Positions 42,559 to 55,754 of a stretch of 64,000 bases of DNA are shown here, one piece after another. Below the pieces are notes generated by a model, which worked only from the letters and a program-made list of their open reading frames with translations, did no database searches and had not been told where the DNA came from. Made by a program: the position numbers and the translations under genes. Source of the DNA: Eledone cirrhosa (lineage: Eukaryota); assembly GCA_964016885.1 (NCBI GenBank), contig OZ024753.1:36332001-36396000 (forward strand), read 5' to 3'. How positions within the stretch are numbered: position 1 is the stretch's first letter; each line of letters starts with the position of its first letter.

Positions 42559-42822
42559 GAGGTTATATTTAATTTGTTGGGATTCAACAAGCTTAAACAT
42601 TTTTTATAACTGATATAAAGCACTCAACAGATTAGTGGAGTAAACTATGCAGCGAATTTCAGCTGTCGAGGTTGTCTTTTTTCAGGGTATGTCAATATTT
42701 ATTTATAAAACAAATCTGTATTTTATCTGATGAAAGCGCACCATAATTTACCTTGGTCGCCCTTGAAATATATATAATAAAATAATTCTGGTTTTATAAA
42801 TATAGTTTCCATTTATTAATAT

Positions 42823-42830
<8 letters not shown>
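42556..42830. mobile_element. Short element family D (HHR-bearing) in (TA)n
   Basis: Shared with 45880-46065, 58675-58965 and 61387-61652. Confidence 0.75.
42719..42784 (+). ncRNA. Family D type I hammerhead
   Basis: tattttat-CTGATGA-aagcgcacca-taatttacct-tggtcgccctt-GAAA-tatata-TA-ataaaata. Confidence 0.75.
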
Positions 42831-42874
<44 letters not shown>

Positions 42875-42998
42875 TAACATTAACGTTTAAGCAAAGAATC
42901 GCTGCTTTCACCCTTAACTGGATCTTAAGATAAATAGAAATAACAACAGTATATGGAAGGGATATGTTAGGTTAACGCTTGAAATAGCAGGCAGAGGG

Positions 42999-43034
42999 TC
43001 TTAACGTTTCGGACGCTAGTCCTTCACCAGAAGA
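42999..43034 (-). ncRNA. Minimal Penelope-type hammerhead (A6G variant)
   Basis: Minus strand: tctt-CTGGTGA-aggac-tagc-gtcc-GAAAC-GTT-aaga. Confidence 0.6.
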
Positions 43035-43074
43035 AAGAATGAGAAATAAGATAGATTGAAGGGGCGGGCGGGTT

Positions 43075-43161
<87 letters not shown>

Positions 43162-43232
43162 TAGATAGGTTTGATTGGATTCACTCAAGTGGGTAAATTA
43201 TGTTGAGCCTAACGGAATATGAACTCACCAAC

Positions 43233-43282
<50 letters not shown>

Positions 43283-43442
43283 GTTACCAATGGTGGTGAT
43301 GATGATGATGATGATGATGATATATAGCTACGCACTCACTGTAAAAGTTTTAACACCGATAAGTAAAATAAAGATACATAAATCAAGCGACGGAAATATA
43401 AGCATAAAACTTATAATAAAGAATAACACACCCACACACACT

Positions 43443-43511
<69 letters not shown>

Positions 43512-43629
43512 GGGTGTGTATATGCATATATATACGTATGTATCAATAGAACAAAAGTAAACAAAACAGTCTACCAGCCACCAATAAATAAGGAAACATA
43601 ATTGACAACACCAACAACAACAACAACAT

Positions 43630-43676
<47 letters not shown>

Positions 43677-43751
43677 CACATATATATATACATATACACA
43701 TATAGATATACATACATGTATACGAACATATTTACATACATACATGCATAA

Positions 43752-43812
<61 letters not shown>

Positions 43813-44322
43813 CATCTATACACAGACACATATATATATATTTATATACACACATATATATATATATATGCATATATACATTACAAGCCAAACAAATATG
43901 GCTGCTTGTTAAACAAACAATATCATCAAAAACCTCTATGGTTACATTGAAGAGGTTTGGAAAATATATTGAGAATTTCCTTTCGACGATACAGAAACAT
44001 AGACTAGTCTATTGTATTCGGCTTCAATTTGTCTCTAAAGAAGAGAAGAATCTATTGTTAATCTCAAGACCTTTATAAACCAATAAATTGAACCGTATTA
44101 TCAGAAGCCATAGACTGGCCGGCTCCGTTTTCTCCTTCTTACACTAACTAACAAGGCTAAACTAAGCATGTGTTTCAATTTTTGTTTGTATGTATGTAGG
44201 TGTTTGTATGTATGTATGTATGTATGTATGTATGTATGTATGTATGTATGTATGTATGTATGTATGTATGTATGTATGTGTGTGTGTATGTATGTATGTA
44301 TATATATATGTAAGTATGTATG

Positions 44323-44354
<32 letters not shown>

Positions 44355-44759
44355 TGTATGTATGTGTGTGTGTGTGTATGTATGTATTTATGTCTGTCTC
44401 TATGTATGTATATATATTTGTATGTATGTATGTATGTATGTATGTATGTATGTATGTATGTATGTATGTGTGTGTGTGTATGTATGTATTTATGTCTGTC
44501 TCTATGTATGTATATATATATGTAAGTATGTATGTATATGTATGTATGTATGTATGTATTTATATATGTAAGTATGTATATATGTGTTAACGTATGTATG
44601 TATTTATATATGTATGTGTTCACGTATGTATGTATGTATGTATGTTCTCTCTCTTAATTTTAAGTTTACTTTTGACCGGCCACCTTCCTGGTGGCAAGGT
44701 TGTAAAGAAAAGGAAATTATAGTATTTTGTTTAAGCATTCATCGTTTGATTCATAAGAA

Positions 44760-45130
44760 TGTTTACAGATTTGGAAGGTTCGAGATATCCCAATCATTTG
44801 TATCTTATGAATTAAGGAGCTAAGATCTTTCTCCACAAATCCAAACTCAGTTATACTTTGGTCCAGGTCGGTTGATATATAACATGTAGCTACAATAACA
44901 ATGGGTATGAAGCTCAACATGTATCTTGGATACTAGATCTGCAAAATTTTCATCAATGGTTTGAAGCTAGCCTCCTTCTCTTGAATTTTTCTTATTACAT
45001 TGACATCGTGTTTTTCTACATTGACATTGAGTGGTTAGCTGACTTCTACAACAGAGCTTGTTTTTAATGTGTAGTTTCAAACAAGAATATATGGTGGTTG
45101 GGCTTCAATTAGTTTCACATATCTGTGTAT
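44760..45130 (-). pseudogene. Decayed restriction-like endonuclease domain of an R4/Dong/NeSL-type LINE
   Basis: Minus strand translation PPYILV*N..LKTSSVVEVS*PLNVNV...RKIQEKEASFKPL...YPRY..SFIPIVI fits the PD..(D/E)..P...E.EK..KY..L....PIVIG pattern, with stops. Confidence 0.55.
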
Positions 45131-45579
45131 TAATGGTTGGTACACATACTGGTATCATTAGAGCCTTATAATTCGCCTTGTTCTGTGTGAAATTCAATAT
45201 AGAATTCTAGTATTATCGACTAACGTAGTACTGCCTAACTATTTAGCATATACCGTATGGAAATATGTTGCGATGATTCTTCAAAGTTGAGAAATGTTAA
45301 GTCAAGAGTCCACGAAATCCTACTCTGATTATTCTTTACGACCACTGCTAGGTACGTAACCAATACGCCACTAGTATGACCATTCTGATTCTGAAGTTAG
45401 ATCAGTAAAGGCTTCGAACTGTTAATACACACCCATACATAGTTTAAGAAAGTTAAAATATGTATAAACAACTAAGGAAATAAGAAATTTCCTTTATAAA
45501 AATGACCAAATTGCAGCACAGTCATACTTACAATATAAAATGTTTGAAAGAAAAGCTGTCCCTACTATGTGTTTGTATA

Positions 45580-45625
<46 letters not shown>

Positions 45626-45628
<3 letters not shown>

Positions 45629-45817
45629 CGAAGGAAATGTGGTAAGGAACCAGGTGGACCATAACGCACCAAAGTACTCAATACTTAGGGTAGTAGAGTG
45701 GGTAATAGGAACAAGTAAGACCCCGACGGCTGAGCTCAAGCCGTTTCGACGGCTAATTCTGAGTACAGAATTAGCCGTCGAAACGGCTTGAGCTCAGCCA
45801 TCGGGGTCTTACTTGTT

Positions 45818-45822
<5 letters not shown>
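45626..45822. mobile_element. Family A element with fold-back inversion
   Basis: Nearly identical to 6115-6307. Confidence 0.8.
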
Positions 45823-45857
<35 letters not shown>

Positions 45858-45953
45858 TATACAAACACACACATATATATATCCAGGAAGCTCCAACCGT
45901 TAAGGTTGTCTTTTTTTCCGGGTATGTCAATATTTATTTATAAAATAAATCTG

Positions 45954-46019
45954 TATTTTATCTGATGAAAACGCACCATAATTTGCCATGGTTGCCCTTG
46001 AAATATATATAATAAAATA
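45954..46019 (+). ncRNA. Family D type I hammerhead
   Basis: tattttat-CTGATGA-aaacgcacca-taatttgcca-tggttgccctt-GAAA-tatata-TA-ataaaata. Confidence 0.75.
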
Positions 46020-46097
46020 AATATGGTTTTACAAATATAGTTTCCATTTATTAATATATTGTATATATATATTCTGATATTTGTAGAGCCTGTAGAA

Positions 46098-46147
<50 letters not shown>

Positions 46148-46511
46148 ATAAATGTATATATTTATGTATACATATATATATATATATAATGGACTTCACG
46201 AATTTTGCCACAAGTGTGTAAATGAGCATTTTAATGTCCGCACTCTTAAACGACTGTGTATACCACGCAATCCAGAATTCACATACACAGACATATACAT
46301 ACATGTATATATCCACTTACATACACATACGTGCCATCTCACACAGACACACACACACATGAATACACTGACACATATGGACACACACAGACACATACGT
46401 GCCATCTCTCTCTCTTTCTCTCACTCACACACACACACACACAAACACACGGACATACACGGACACACATAGACATACACATATGTGGATTTAATGTATC
46501 TAGTAAGATAT

Positions 46512-47180
46512 TTGCCAACAACTGATTCTTTTTTTCAAATACCTCCTTGGAAGAAGAATCAGGATGGAAAGAGATGTGCTGTACCCCAGCAAGTTTTATG
46601 AAAGGTGAGTGAAAGTGGCGAGAATGGCCCGAGTGAATGGGCCTTCTCTCTATATCAGCCTGTAGGTTGAGGAAAAAGAGGAAGAGAGGAAAGGGGTACT
46701 CATTCTTCGTACTCCTGGAGATGAGGGTTGCACATTTTTTCGGGGGGGTATGTGTTACTCATATGTAATGTCTCCCCCTATTGTGTGTGTGACAGCTCAC
46801 ACCTATGCAGGTTTAGCTGGCCTCCTCCAAGGTATATCTCGTTGGAGGTCTCTTGGGTAATTTAATGACAGGGACCCCAGTCTTATCATCTCATTTCTAC
46901 AGCTCAGTAAACTGGAGCAACGTGAAATAAAGTGTCTTGCTCAAGGAAACAACACATCACCCGGTCCGAGAATTGAACTCACAACCTTTCGATTGCAAAC
47001 CCAATGCTCTAACCACTAAGCCATGCGCCTTCACAATGCTTCTCCCCCTATTGGGGAAAAATCGATTAATTTTTAAATTGCATTTGTGATAGTATTTTAC
47101 ACGTTTTTATTGTATGTAAACTTCCCCCTTTGTATTTGTCCCCTTCTTTTGTGCCCCTGTGGCTAATAAAGAAACATATA
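46512..47180 (+). mobile_element. L1/Tx1-like LINE 3' end interrupted by a SINE
   Basis: Matches 52925-53320 once 46783-47034 is removed. Confidence 0.75.
46783..47034 (-). mobile_element. Second-family tRNA-SINE with target-site duplication
   Basis: Flanked by AATG..TCTCCCCCTATTG at 46767-46783 and 47035-47053. Confidence 0.85.
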
Positions 47181-47360
47181 TATCTACACTAAATTTGAAA
47201 TTATATTCTGTCAACTAGTTGTCTTGGCATCGCGGTTTCTGTGGTTGTCCGGCATGCCGTTGTCCGGCATACGTTAGATGCGAGGCTCGCTTCCTGCAGA
47301 CTGTCCTGTCATATATGTGTTGTCATATTTCGTAAGAATAAAAGAAAAAAGCATCACATG

Positions 47361-47392
<32 letters not shown>

Positions 47393-47409
47393 CACACAGA
47401 TATATACAT

Positions 47410-47591
47410 ATAATTGTTTCTACTTTTGGCACAAGGCCAGCAATTACCCAGTACATTACTGGTACTTTATTTTATCGACCCCGTAAGGATGAAAGGCAAA
47501 GTTAACCTCCGCGGGATTTGAACTCAGAATGGAAAGGGCCGTAACTCAATGCTGCAAAGCATGGCGTCCAACCCTATACCGATACTGCCAA
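47410..47591 (-). mobile_element. Nin-like SINE copy
   Basis: Consensus match. Confidence 0.85.
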
Positions 47592-48239
47592 AATGCATGT
47601 ATGTATATACACACCCACACACACATATATATTTATACATGCACGCATGGCTTTAAACATACATACATGCATGCATACAAACATACATACAACCGTATAT
47701 AAATACATACATGCCTACATACAAACATACCTACATACATACTCACATAGACACATACACTCATACATACTTACAACCATACATACATACAAACATACAT
47801 TCACACATACCATACATACATACATACTTTCCATACATATATTTATATACATACTTTCATGTCTACATATATACATACTTACCATACATACATACAAACA
47901 TACATACATACATAATTTCATACATAATTTCATACATACATACATGCATGCATACATACATACATACATACATACATACATACATACATACATACATACA
48001 TACATAAACCCATACATACATACATACATACATACATACATAAACCCATACATAATTTCATACATACATACATACATACATACATACATCCATACATACA
48101 TACATACATACAAACATACATACATAAACCCATGCATACATAGAAAAATACATACATACATACATACATACATACATACATACATACATACATACACCCA
48201 TACATAATTTCATACATACATACATACATACATACATAC

Positions 48240-48845
48240 ATGGTGGCTGCCAACTCGTTTTCGAGTACGGCCACTACTTTATATCCATGTAGGAGAACCC
48301 CTACCGATGCGCTGAACGAGTGTGACTTTTTAGTCCAGCCAGCGACTTGAGAAGTCTGGTACAAACACTACACTTGTGACAATTATTGACACATAGTGTT
48401 GGGCCCATGGTACCATGTGACGACAAGGGCAGAGAGATCTCCAGATATAAAGCAATGCCTGTGCCGTGAAGCTTTTATAGTGAGCAAAGGCACTGCACAA
48501 AGCCAGTCCCACTCTCTTAACCGAGTTGATATTTACCAAAAAGAACAAGTCAACATCATTGAATACCATCAGGGTTGCAGGTGTTATATCAGAGTTTTCC
48601 TTCTCCTAGAATTCTGCCTTGACAAAGGCTAAGGGGTCATCTCTCCCGGTGATTTTGGATGGCCATTGACTCTTAAGAGCTCCTTTGCCTTTTGACAGGT
48701 TTTGTTTTTAGTCCTGCAGGATGTCCAAAGTCACCCTCCTCACCAAGAAACCTTGGTGGGGTTGCCAGTTTAGTCGCCAACGACCCGACCATGAGACAGG
48801 TTGTACTGGGATACGTTACCAGTAGCACCAACTGGTGACCTGACC
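48240..48845 (-). mobile_element. RTE-derived ~600-bp element, copy 3
   Basis: Reverse complement of 15466-16065, flanked by (CATA)n on both sides. Confidence 0.75.
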
Positions 48846-49033
48846 TACATACATACATACATAAACCCATACATAATTTCATACATACATACATACATAC
48901 ATACATACATACATACATACATACATACAAACAGACATACATAAACCCATACATAATTTCATACATACATACATACATACATACAAACATACATAATTTT
49001 ATACATACATACATACATACATACATACATACA

Positions 49034-49064
<31 letters not shown>

Positions 49065-49363
49065 TGTAAGACGTTGTACCGTTGGCAAGCAGACTTTTAA
49101 TCGTCTGCTAAACAAATATTTTTACTGATCGAAGGCAAACGTTATCAATAAAGCTCGCGGTATTATATAGAAAGTCACAACGCCTCCAGCTAAACGTAGC
49201 TGGTTGGATATCAATGAATAACTGTCTGTTTGTCTGTCTGTCTGTTTGTCTGTCAGTCTGTCTGTGTCTCTGACTCTCACTATTCCTTCCTTTCTTTCTT
49301 ATACATCATACATGCATCTCTCTCTTTTTCACTCTTCCAACCTCATCTGGTCCTCTCTCTCAC

Positions 49364-49427
<64 letters not shown>

Positions 49428-49518
49428 AATATACATACGTACTTACACACGTACACAGGCTCACGCACATAAATATATGTACGTAGACACACATACATTT
49501 ATACACACATATATACAT

Positions 49519-49585
<67 letters not shown>

Positions 49586-49614
49586 TATGTATACACACAC
49601 ATATATATACATAC

Positions 49615-49664
<50 letters not shown>

Positions 49665-49706
49665 CTTCAAAATATTAATAAATATAGACATTCATGTGAT
49701 CAAATA

Positions 49707-49772
49707 TATTTTATTATACATATTTCAGAGATACTGAGCTATTTCATCAGTACGTCCTCATCAGATAAAATA
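49707..49772 (-). ncRNA. Type I hammerhead downstream of the PLE ORF
   Basis: Minus strand: tattttat-CTGATGA-ggacgtactga-tgaaatagc-tcagtatctct-GAAA-tatgta-TA-ataaaata. Confidence 0.8.
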
Positions 49773-50946
49773 AATTGATGACTGACATACCTCAACTGTG
49801 CTGATGGTTCAATTCCAGTCTTGGCAGTGATTAGTTATGACAAAACTCAATATTTATATACCATAAGTTGTAACATGACAAACTACATATAATAGAGGGG
49901 GCACGTAAGAAAAGGTGTATAACAAATATATAATAATAAATATAATAAGTATATATAAAGGCAAGTAAAAAATATAAACATAAAACTACATAACTGTTAA
50001 AAATTTAAATAATAAAATATGTATACCTCCGTATTATAGAAGGAGCAAATGCGAGAGTGAGAGAGCTAACTAGAGGAGAGAAAGAAAAGGAAAGAGAGAT
50101 GATATTAAAAACAAAGAAAGGGAGATATGTATGGTAACATATAATTACATAAGGAGAATCAAGGTATATGATGCGTGACCGTTTTTTTTCTTCAAATATT
50201 AAGTTAATTAGAAATAATCAATTAATTAAATAACTTGAAATTTTTAGACTATAATATTTGAAAGAACCTATATTATTGTATATATAGTGAAAAAGATAAT
50301 TTAACATAATTCTAAGGGTAATCAAGAGTATATTTAAATTATTAAATATAGTTAATAATTTAGTTAGAAAGATCAAAATTAAAAATGTTATTAACTAACC
50401 ATAAAGCTTATAAATGTAGTAAATATGATATTATTAAACCAGATTTATTTAGATATAAGCATTTGTATAGTTCTTATATAAACTATAAGATTTAACTCGA
50501 TATTTGTCAATTATATATAATATTAATTATTAGTTATAATTACACTTAAGAGTGTTATCATTTTGATTTAACTAGATTTTACTGTATTCAAAATTATACA
50601 TCAAGTTAAGTACAGATTATTAATCAATTTAGATAAAACGAAACTTTTATACTATAAATGTAAACAATATCTTTGTACGACGTAAACAAACATTTAAAGT
50701 AATTACACGGTTTACGAGTCTGAAGACATTACAGGTATCAAATTTATAAGATACAAGGTTTAAAAAATACAAAATCAAAACTAAATGTATTTAAACAATC
50801 TAGAGATTAACATATTGTATAAGAGAGCAGGTAAACAATTTCTATGGTTAGGTAGAAACCTTATATCCAATATTAATAATAGCAATAATAATAAAAGCAT
50901 TACAAGAATTATTATTCAGAGTCAATATCATTTCACACTCGGAATT

Positions 50947-51139
50947 AATAATTGTTTCTACTTTAGGCACAAGGCCAGCAATTACCCAGTGATTTACTGG
51001 TACTTTATTTTATCGACCCCGTAAGGATGAAAGGCAAAGTCAACCTCGGCGGGATTTGAACTCAGATCGTAAAGGGACGTAACTATGCTGGAAAGCATGG
51101 CGTCCGACCCTCTACCGATACTGCCAATCCACCACCCTC
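50947..51139 (-). mobile_element. Full-length Nin-like SINE with 19-bp TSD
   Basis: CACACTCGGAATTAATAAT at 50934-50952 and 51140-51158. Confidence 0.88.
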
Positions 51140-51184
51140 CACACTCGGAATTAATAATAAGAGTCAAAATCATTTCACACTTAG

Positions 51185-52037
51185 TCAATGTTTTTTCCTA
51201 ATTTTATATGATGCTTGAAATGTAGATGCAGATTTGTGCAGGCAGTTTGAGAATAATTCACTTATTTTGTTAATTAAATTACCATAATTAGCAATTATTA
51301 ATAGAGTCTCGGTATTGCAAAGATTGCAGTTAAGAGAAATAGAGCTATTTTGGTAGACTTGACAGTTGCGAAGCTTGGACCAAAATATTGAGTATTTAAA
51401 ATTTTTTTCTTTTAAAGACCATATTAGTTGTGATAAAGAAGTAGAAAATTTCTTATCCGGATTAGAAAAAGAATGCTTATGATTGGAAAATCTCAGTTTA
51501 AAGCTCGATGAAGTTGCACCTATATAGTTGTAGGTAATGTTATTTGCTTTAACGGTACAAGTTCTTATCAAGGCAGTTATTTTGCAAAGGGCAATCAGAT
51601 CTATTTTTACAGATACAGTTCGATTTTCTGTTATTATTATAATTTAAACTGTTCGCATCATCATTGCTAATATTTGTAGGTGTTCTACTGTAAATGCTTA
51701 AATTAATGTTATTGTTATTCTCTGTATCAATATTATTGTTAATATTTATATTGTCATTATCACTAATTATCTGTTGGTTATAACTAAGAATTCTGCTATT
51801 TATTTTTGCAATGTTTTGAGCCATATTCATAGTTGTAGAGTAAGATAGCTTAACTGTGTGTCTATTGAAGATAGAATAGTATTTATGTGTTCTAGGGAAA
51901 CATTTATCTAATGCCTTAAAAAATAATTGTGCTAGGGGTGTTTTAATAGCTAAAGATGCTGGTGGTGCATACCAAATAATTGATTTAGTTCTGATTTTTT
52001 CCCCCGATTTATTCACGAAGTTAGTATATGCGTTCAC
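51185..52037 (-). pseudogene. Frameshifted PLE RT-thumb/linker plus GIY-YIG endonuclease
   Basis: IIWYAPP...FPRTHKYYSIFNRHTVKLSYS, CICK...CPLQNNCL, YIGATSSSFKLRFSNHKHSF, STSLSQLIWSLK, CNLCNTE; frameshift near 51560 where the first (VY) half of the motif is missing. Confidence 0.85.
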
Positions 52038-52051
52038 AGATTGACTTTTTT

Positions 52052-52102
52052 AGTTTCAGAAGATCCCGTTAAGGGTGAAAGCAGCGATTCTTTGCTTAAA
52101 CT
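52052..52102 (+). ncRNA. Family C hammerhead-like motif with U4A core
   Basis: agttt-CAGAAGA-tccc-gttaa-gggt-GAAAGCAG-cgattct-TTGCTT-aaact. Confidence 0.65.
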
Positions 52103-52293
52103 TTAATCTGTTATTTTAATAAATATTTGCTCTACGGTTCTTATATATTTGATATATATTTATCCTTATCGAGCCCTCTTTGGATTTTAGTCTTCAAATT
52201 TATTATTATTACTATATATTTATATATATATATATATTTGTATGTATATATATATATGCAATTATATATATATATATATGTGTGTGTATATAT

Positions 52294-52394
<101 letters not shown>

Positions 52395-52404
52395 ATATTT
52401 ATTC

Positions 52405-52519
<115 letters not shown>

Positions 52520-52812
52520 AACCCCAAACAACAACAATCAGTTCCATTGAAACAATAACCAGTGTATATTAATTGCTTCAAGGTCGGTTTTATTATTGAC
52601 ATTACACGGCTTGTTAGATAAAATATCATCTCATCAATATCACAACGCCTTTAGCTGCTCTCTCACTGTCTTTCTCTCTCTCTCGCTCTCTTGCTCTGTC
52701 TCTCTCTCTCCCTCTCTCGCACTCGCCTGTTCTATTCCCTATCTATTTATCTATCTATCTACTTCCAATGTATCTCTCTCTCACTATGTATCTAATCATC
52801 TCTTTCTCTCTG

Positions 52813-52885
<73 letters not shown>

Positions 52886-52886
52886 T

Positions 52887-53800
52887 ACAAGGTTAAAAGG
52901 GCTGAGGTCAGACACCTTTCTCTCCGGCCAACAACTGATTCTTTTTTTCAAATACCACTTTGGAAGGAGAATCAGGATGGAGAGAGAGGTGCTGTACCCC
53001 AGCAAGTTTTATGAAAGGTGGGTGAAAGTGGCGAGTATGGCCCGAGTGGTTGGGCCTTCTCTCTATATCAGCCTGTAGGTTGAGGAAAAAGAGGAAGAGA
53101 GGAAAGGGGTACAAACTCTTCGTACTCCTGGAGATGAGGTTGCACGTTTTTTCGGGGGGTATGTGTTACCAATATGAAATGCCTCCCCCTATTGGGGAAA
53201 ATCGATTAACTTTTAAATTGCATTTGTGATAGTATTTTACACGTTTTTATTGTATGTAAACTTCCCCATTTTGTATTTGTCCCCTTCTTTTGTGCCCCTG
53301 TGGCTAATAAAGAGACATATATATCTCTCTATCTCTCTACGCTCCTGGAGTTGAGGGTTGTTCTATCGACGGGGTATTAAACAACCCATTTGTGGCGCCT
53401 CCCCCCTATTGGGGATTTCGATTGTTGAAATTGTTTGTTTTTATATTTTTTACACGACTGTATGTAAAATCCCCGGCATGTCTTTGTATTGTCCCCTTTC
53501 TTGTTGCGCCCTTGTGGCTAATAAAGAAATCTATCTATCTCTGTGCATTTGTGATAGTATTTTACACGTTTTTATTGTATGTAAACTTCCCCATTTTGTA
53601 TTTGTCCCCTTCTTTTGTGCGCCTGTGGCTAATAAAGAGACATATATATCTCTCTATCTCTCTATCTACCTATCTCTCTACCTATCTATCTCTGTGCATT
53701 TGTGATAGTATTTTACACGTTTTTATTGTATGTAAACTTCCCCATTTTGTATTTGTCCCCTTCTTCTGTGCCCCTGTGGCTAATAAAGAGACATATATAT
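52887..53800 (+). mobile_element. L1/Tx1-like LINE 3' end with tandemly repeated 3'UTR termini
   Basis: DTFLSGQQLILFFKYHFGRRIRMEREVLYPSKFYERWVKVA..; ~100-bp unit TGCATTTGTGATAG...GTGGCTAATAAAGAGAC repeated at ~53219, 53544 and 53694. Confidence 0.7.
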
Positions 53801-54131
53801 CTATTACTGGACAAAATCCCAGTCTCTCAGATATTCTGCCAAACGACCATTCACACCTCCGATCAATTGCCATATTTTTCATTGTACAGTCTTTAACCAT
53901 CTGTAATATATCTGTTGTGGTTGGGGTATTTGATTCACATCTTTAACCATCTGTATTATGGCTGTTGTGGCTGTATGTGATGCCCACGTTTAACCATTGT
54001 TATTACGGATCTTGTTGTTGTTTGTGATGTACACCTTTCAAATGTCTAGTGTCTCTTAGCTTAACCGTTGTTACTTTTATTTTTACGAAGCGTTGAGCGA
54101 ATTAGTATTTTGAAAATATATGAACTCACGT

Positions 54132-54164
<33 letters not shown>

Positions 54165-54278
54165 ATTTGGTGTGTGTGTGCGACTAGTTAAGATCAGTAA
54201 TACCATTAATATTCATATTTATGGAGAGTAGAATATAGATAAACAGCTTAAGGCTAGCCATCTCGCGAATAAACCATA

Positions 54279-54338
<60 letters not shown>

Positions 54339-54402
54339 ATATGTATATCTATATATCTATATGTATATATATATATATATATATACGCACACACATATGT
54401 AT

Positions 54403-54442
<40 letters not shown>

Positions 54443-54714
54443 GCACACACATATGTATACATACATATATATATATATATATATACATACTCACACACAT
54501 ATATATTTATGTAATGTGTGTCATATAGTGTATGTATGCACGTCAACGTATTTATATATATTTATATATATTCATATACATACTTTTCTTCCATAAATGT
54601 GTTATCTAATTTTTTCCTTTCTCCTCGTCGTGAATACTTTTAAAACAACGTAAATGAATGAATACGTAGAGAGAGGATAACGATTATACAAGAAATGAAA
54701 GCGTAACGTGTGTG

Positions 54715-54850
54715 CAGCCATAAAAAATGGCGGTGTTGTGGGTGCGGAGCAAATGTTAACCGGAAGTGAAAAACGAAAACTCTTCCTAAAATTCGTCGCT
54801 GTTATATGAATGAAAAAAAGGAGAAACTTCATGATGTCCGCCATTGTGGA
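54715..54850. promoter_or_regulatory. Candidate promoter: two opposed YY1-like sites and an ETS site
   Basis: AAAATGGCGG at ~54723, ACCGGAAGTG at ~54760, CCGCCATT at ~54838, in a non-repetitive CpG-containing island. Confidence 0.5.
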
Positions 54851-55617
54851 ATTGTAAACTAACGGAAAGAAGCATCGCAGTTTACAGCTTCATTACTGCA
54901 AGACTAACACAGTTTGACTGATTTTGTATATTAGTATCAACTCCAACAACATTCGTCTATTCAGATTCAATGGATATGTTTGGCATGGCATATCGTAAGA
55001 AAGAAGAAATAGGTTTTTGTTTTACAACGGAAGACACAAATATTATTATTATTTATTATTATTATTATAGCTATTATTATTAATTATTTTGTTACATCTT
55101 TAGTTATTTTCCATAACTATGACGAAAGGTCTTGCAGAATTTTCTCAGGGTCCCCTCCACGATTTTCTTTCTCCCATGTCTTTTGTGTTATTTCTATTAG
55201 AAATATTCTAACATTTTGTTCGTTATTATAAGCTATTTGTAATAAAATATCTTTGTACGGTTTCATCAAACATCGCCGGGGATATTCTCGCGTGTATTGA
55301 AAGACAACGACCAACACAAGAAAAGCTTATTTCTGAGGATGTTTACAGATTATAAAACATGCATAAAAGGTTGGTAAAAGATAGAAGAGGAGGGCTGGGG
55401 GGTAGAAAAAAGAAAGAAAGTATGAATGGAGGGCGGAAAATTTATAGTTGGATTTCGGAAACACAAACACATACATAATACGGCAAAAGTAAATGACATC
55501 TTTCTATATATCTATCTTTCTCTCCTTTTCTTTATCACTCTTTCTCTCCCTCTCTCGACCCACCTTACTGTCTATATGTCTGCCTGCCTACCTGCCTGCC
55601 TGCCTGTCTGAAGGTCC

Positions 55618-55682
<65 letters not shown>

Positions 55683-55711
55683 AATATATTTATATCTGAA
55701 CAACGTTTGTA

Positions 55712-55754
<43 letters not shown>

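Larger units (their letters stand above)
49660..52040 (-). mobile_element. 5'-truncated Penelope-like retroelement (Naiad-like): ORF 3' part, long AT-rich 3' region, terminal hammerhead
   Basis: GIY-YIG coding region 52037-51185 and same-strand HHR at 49707-49772, ending at (TA)n; continuity of the AT-rich spacer with the element is inferred. Confidence 0.7.

Noticed and set aside
51185-52037. Selenocysteine recoding as reported for some Naiad elements
   Set aside because: No internal in-frame TGA in the visible ORF parts; the break is a frameshift, and I could not identify a SECIS
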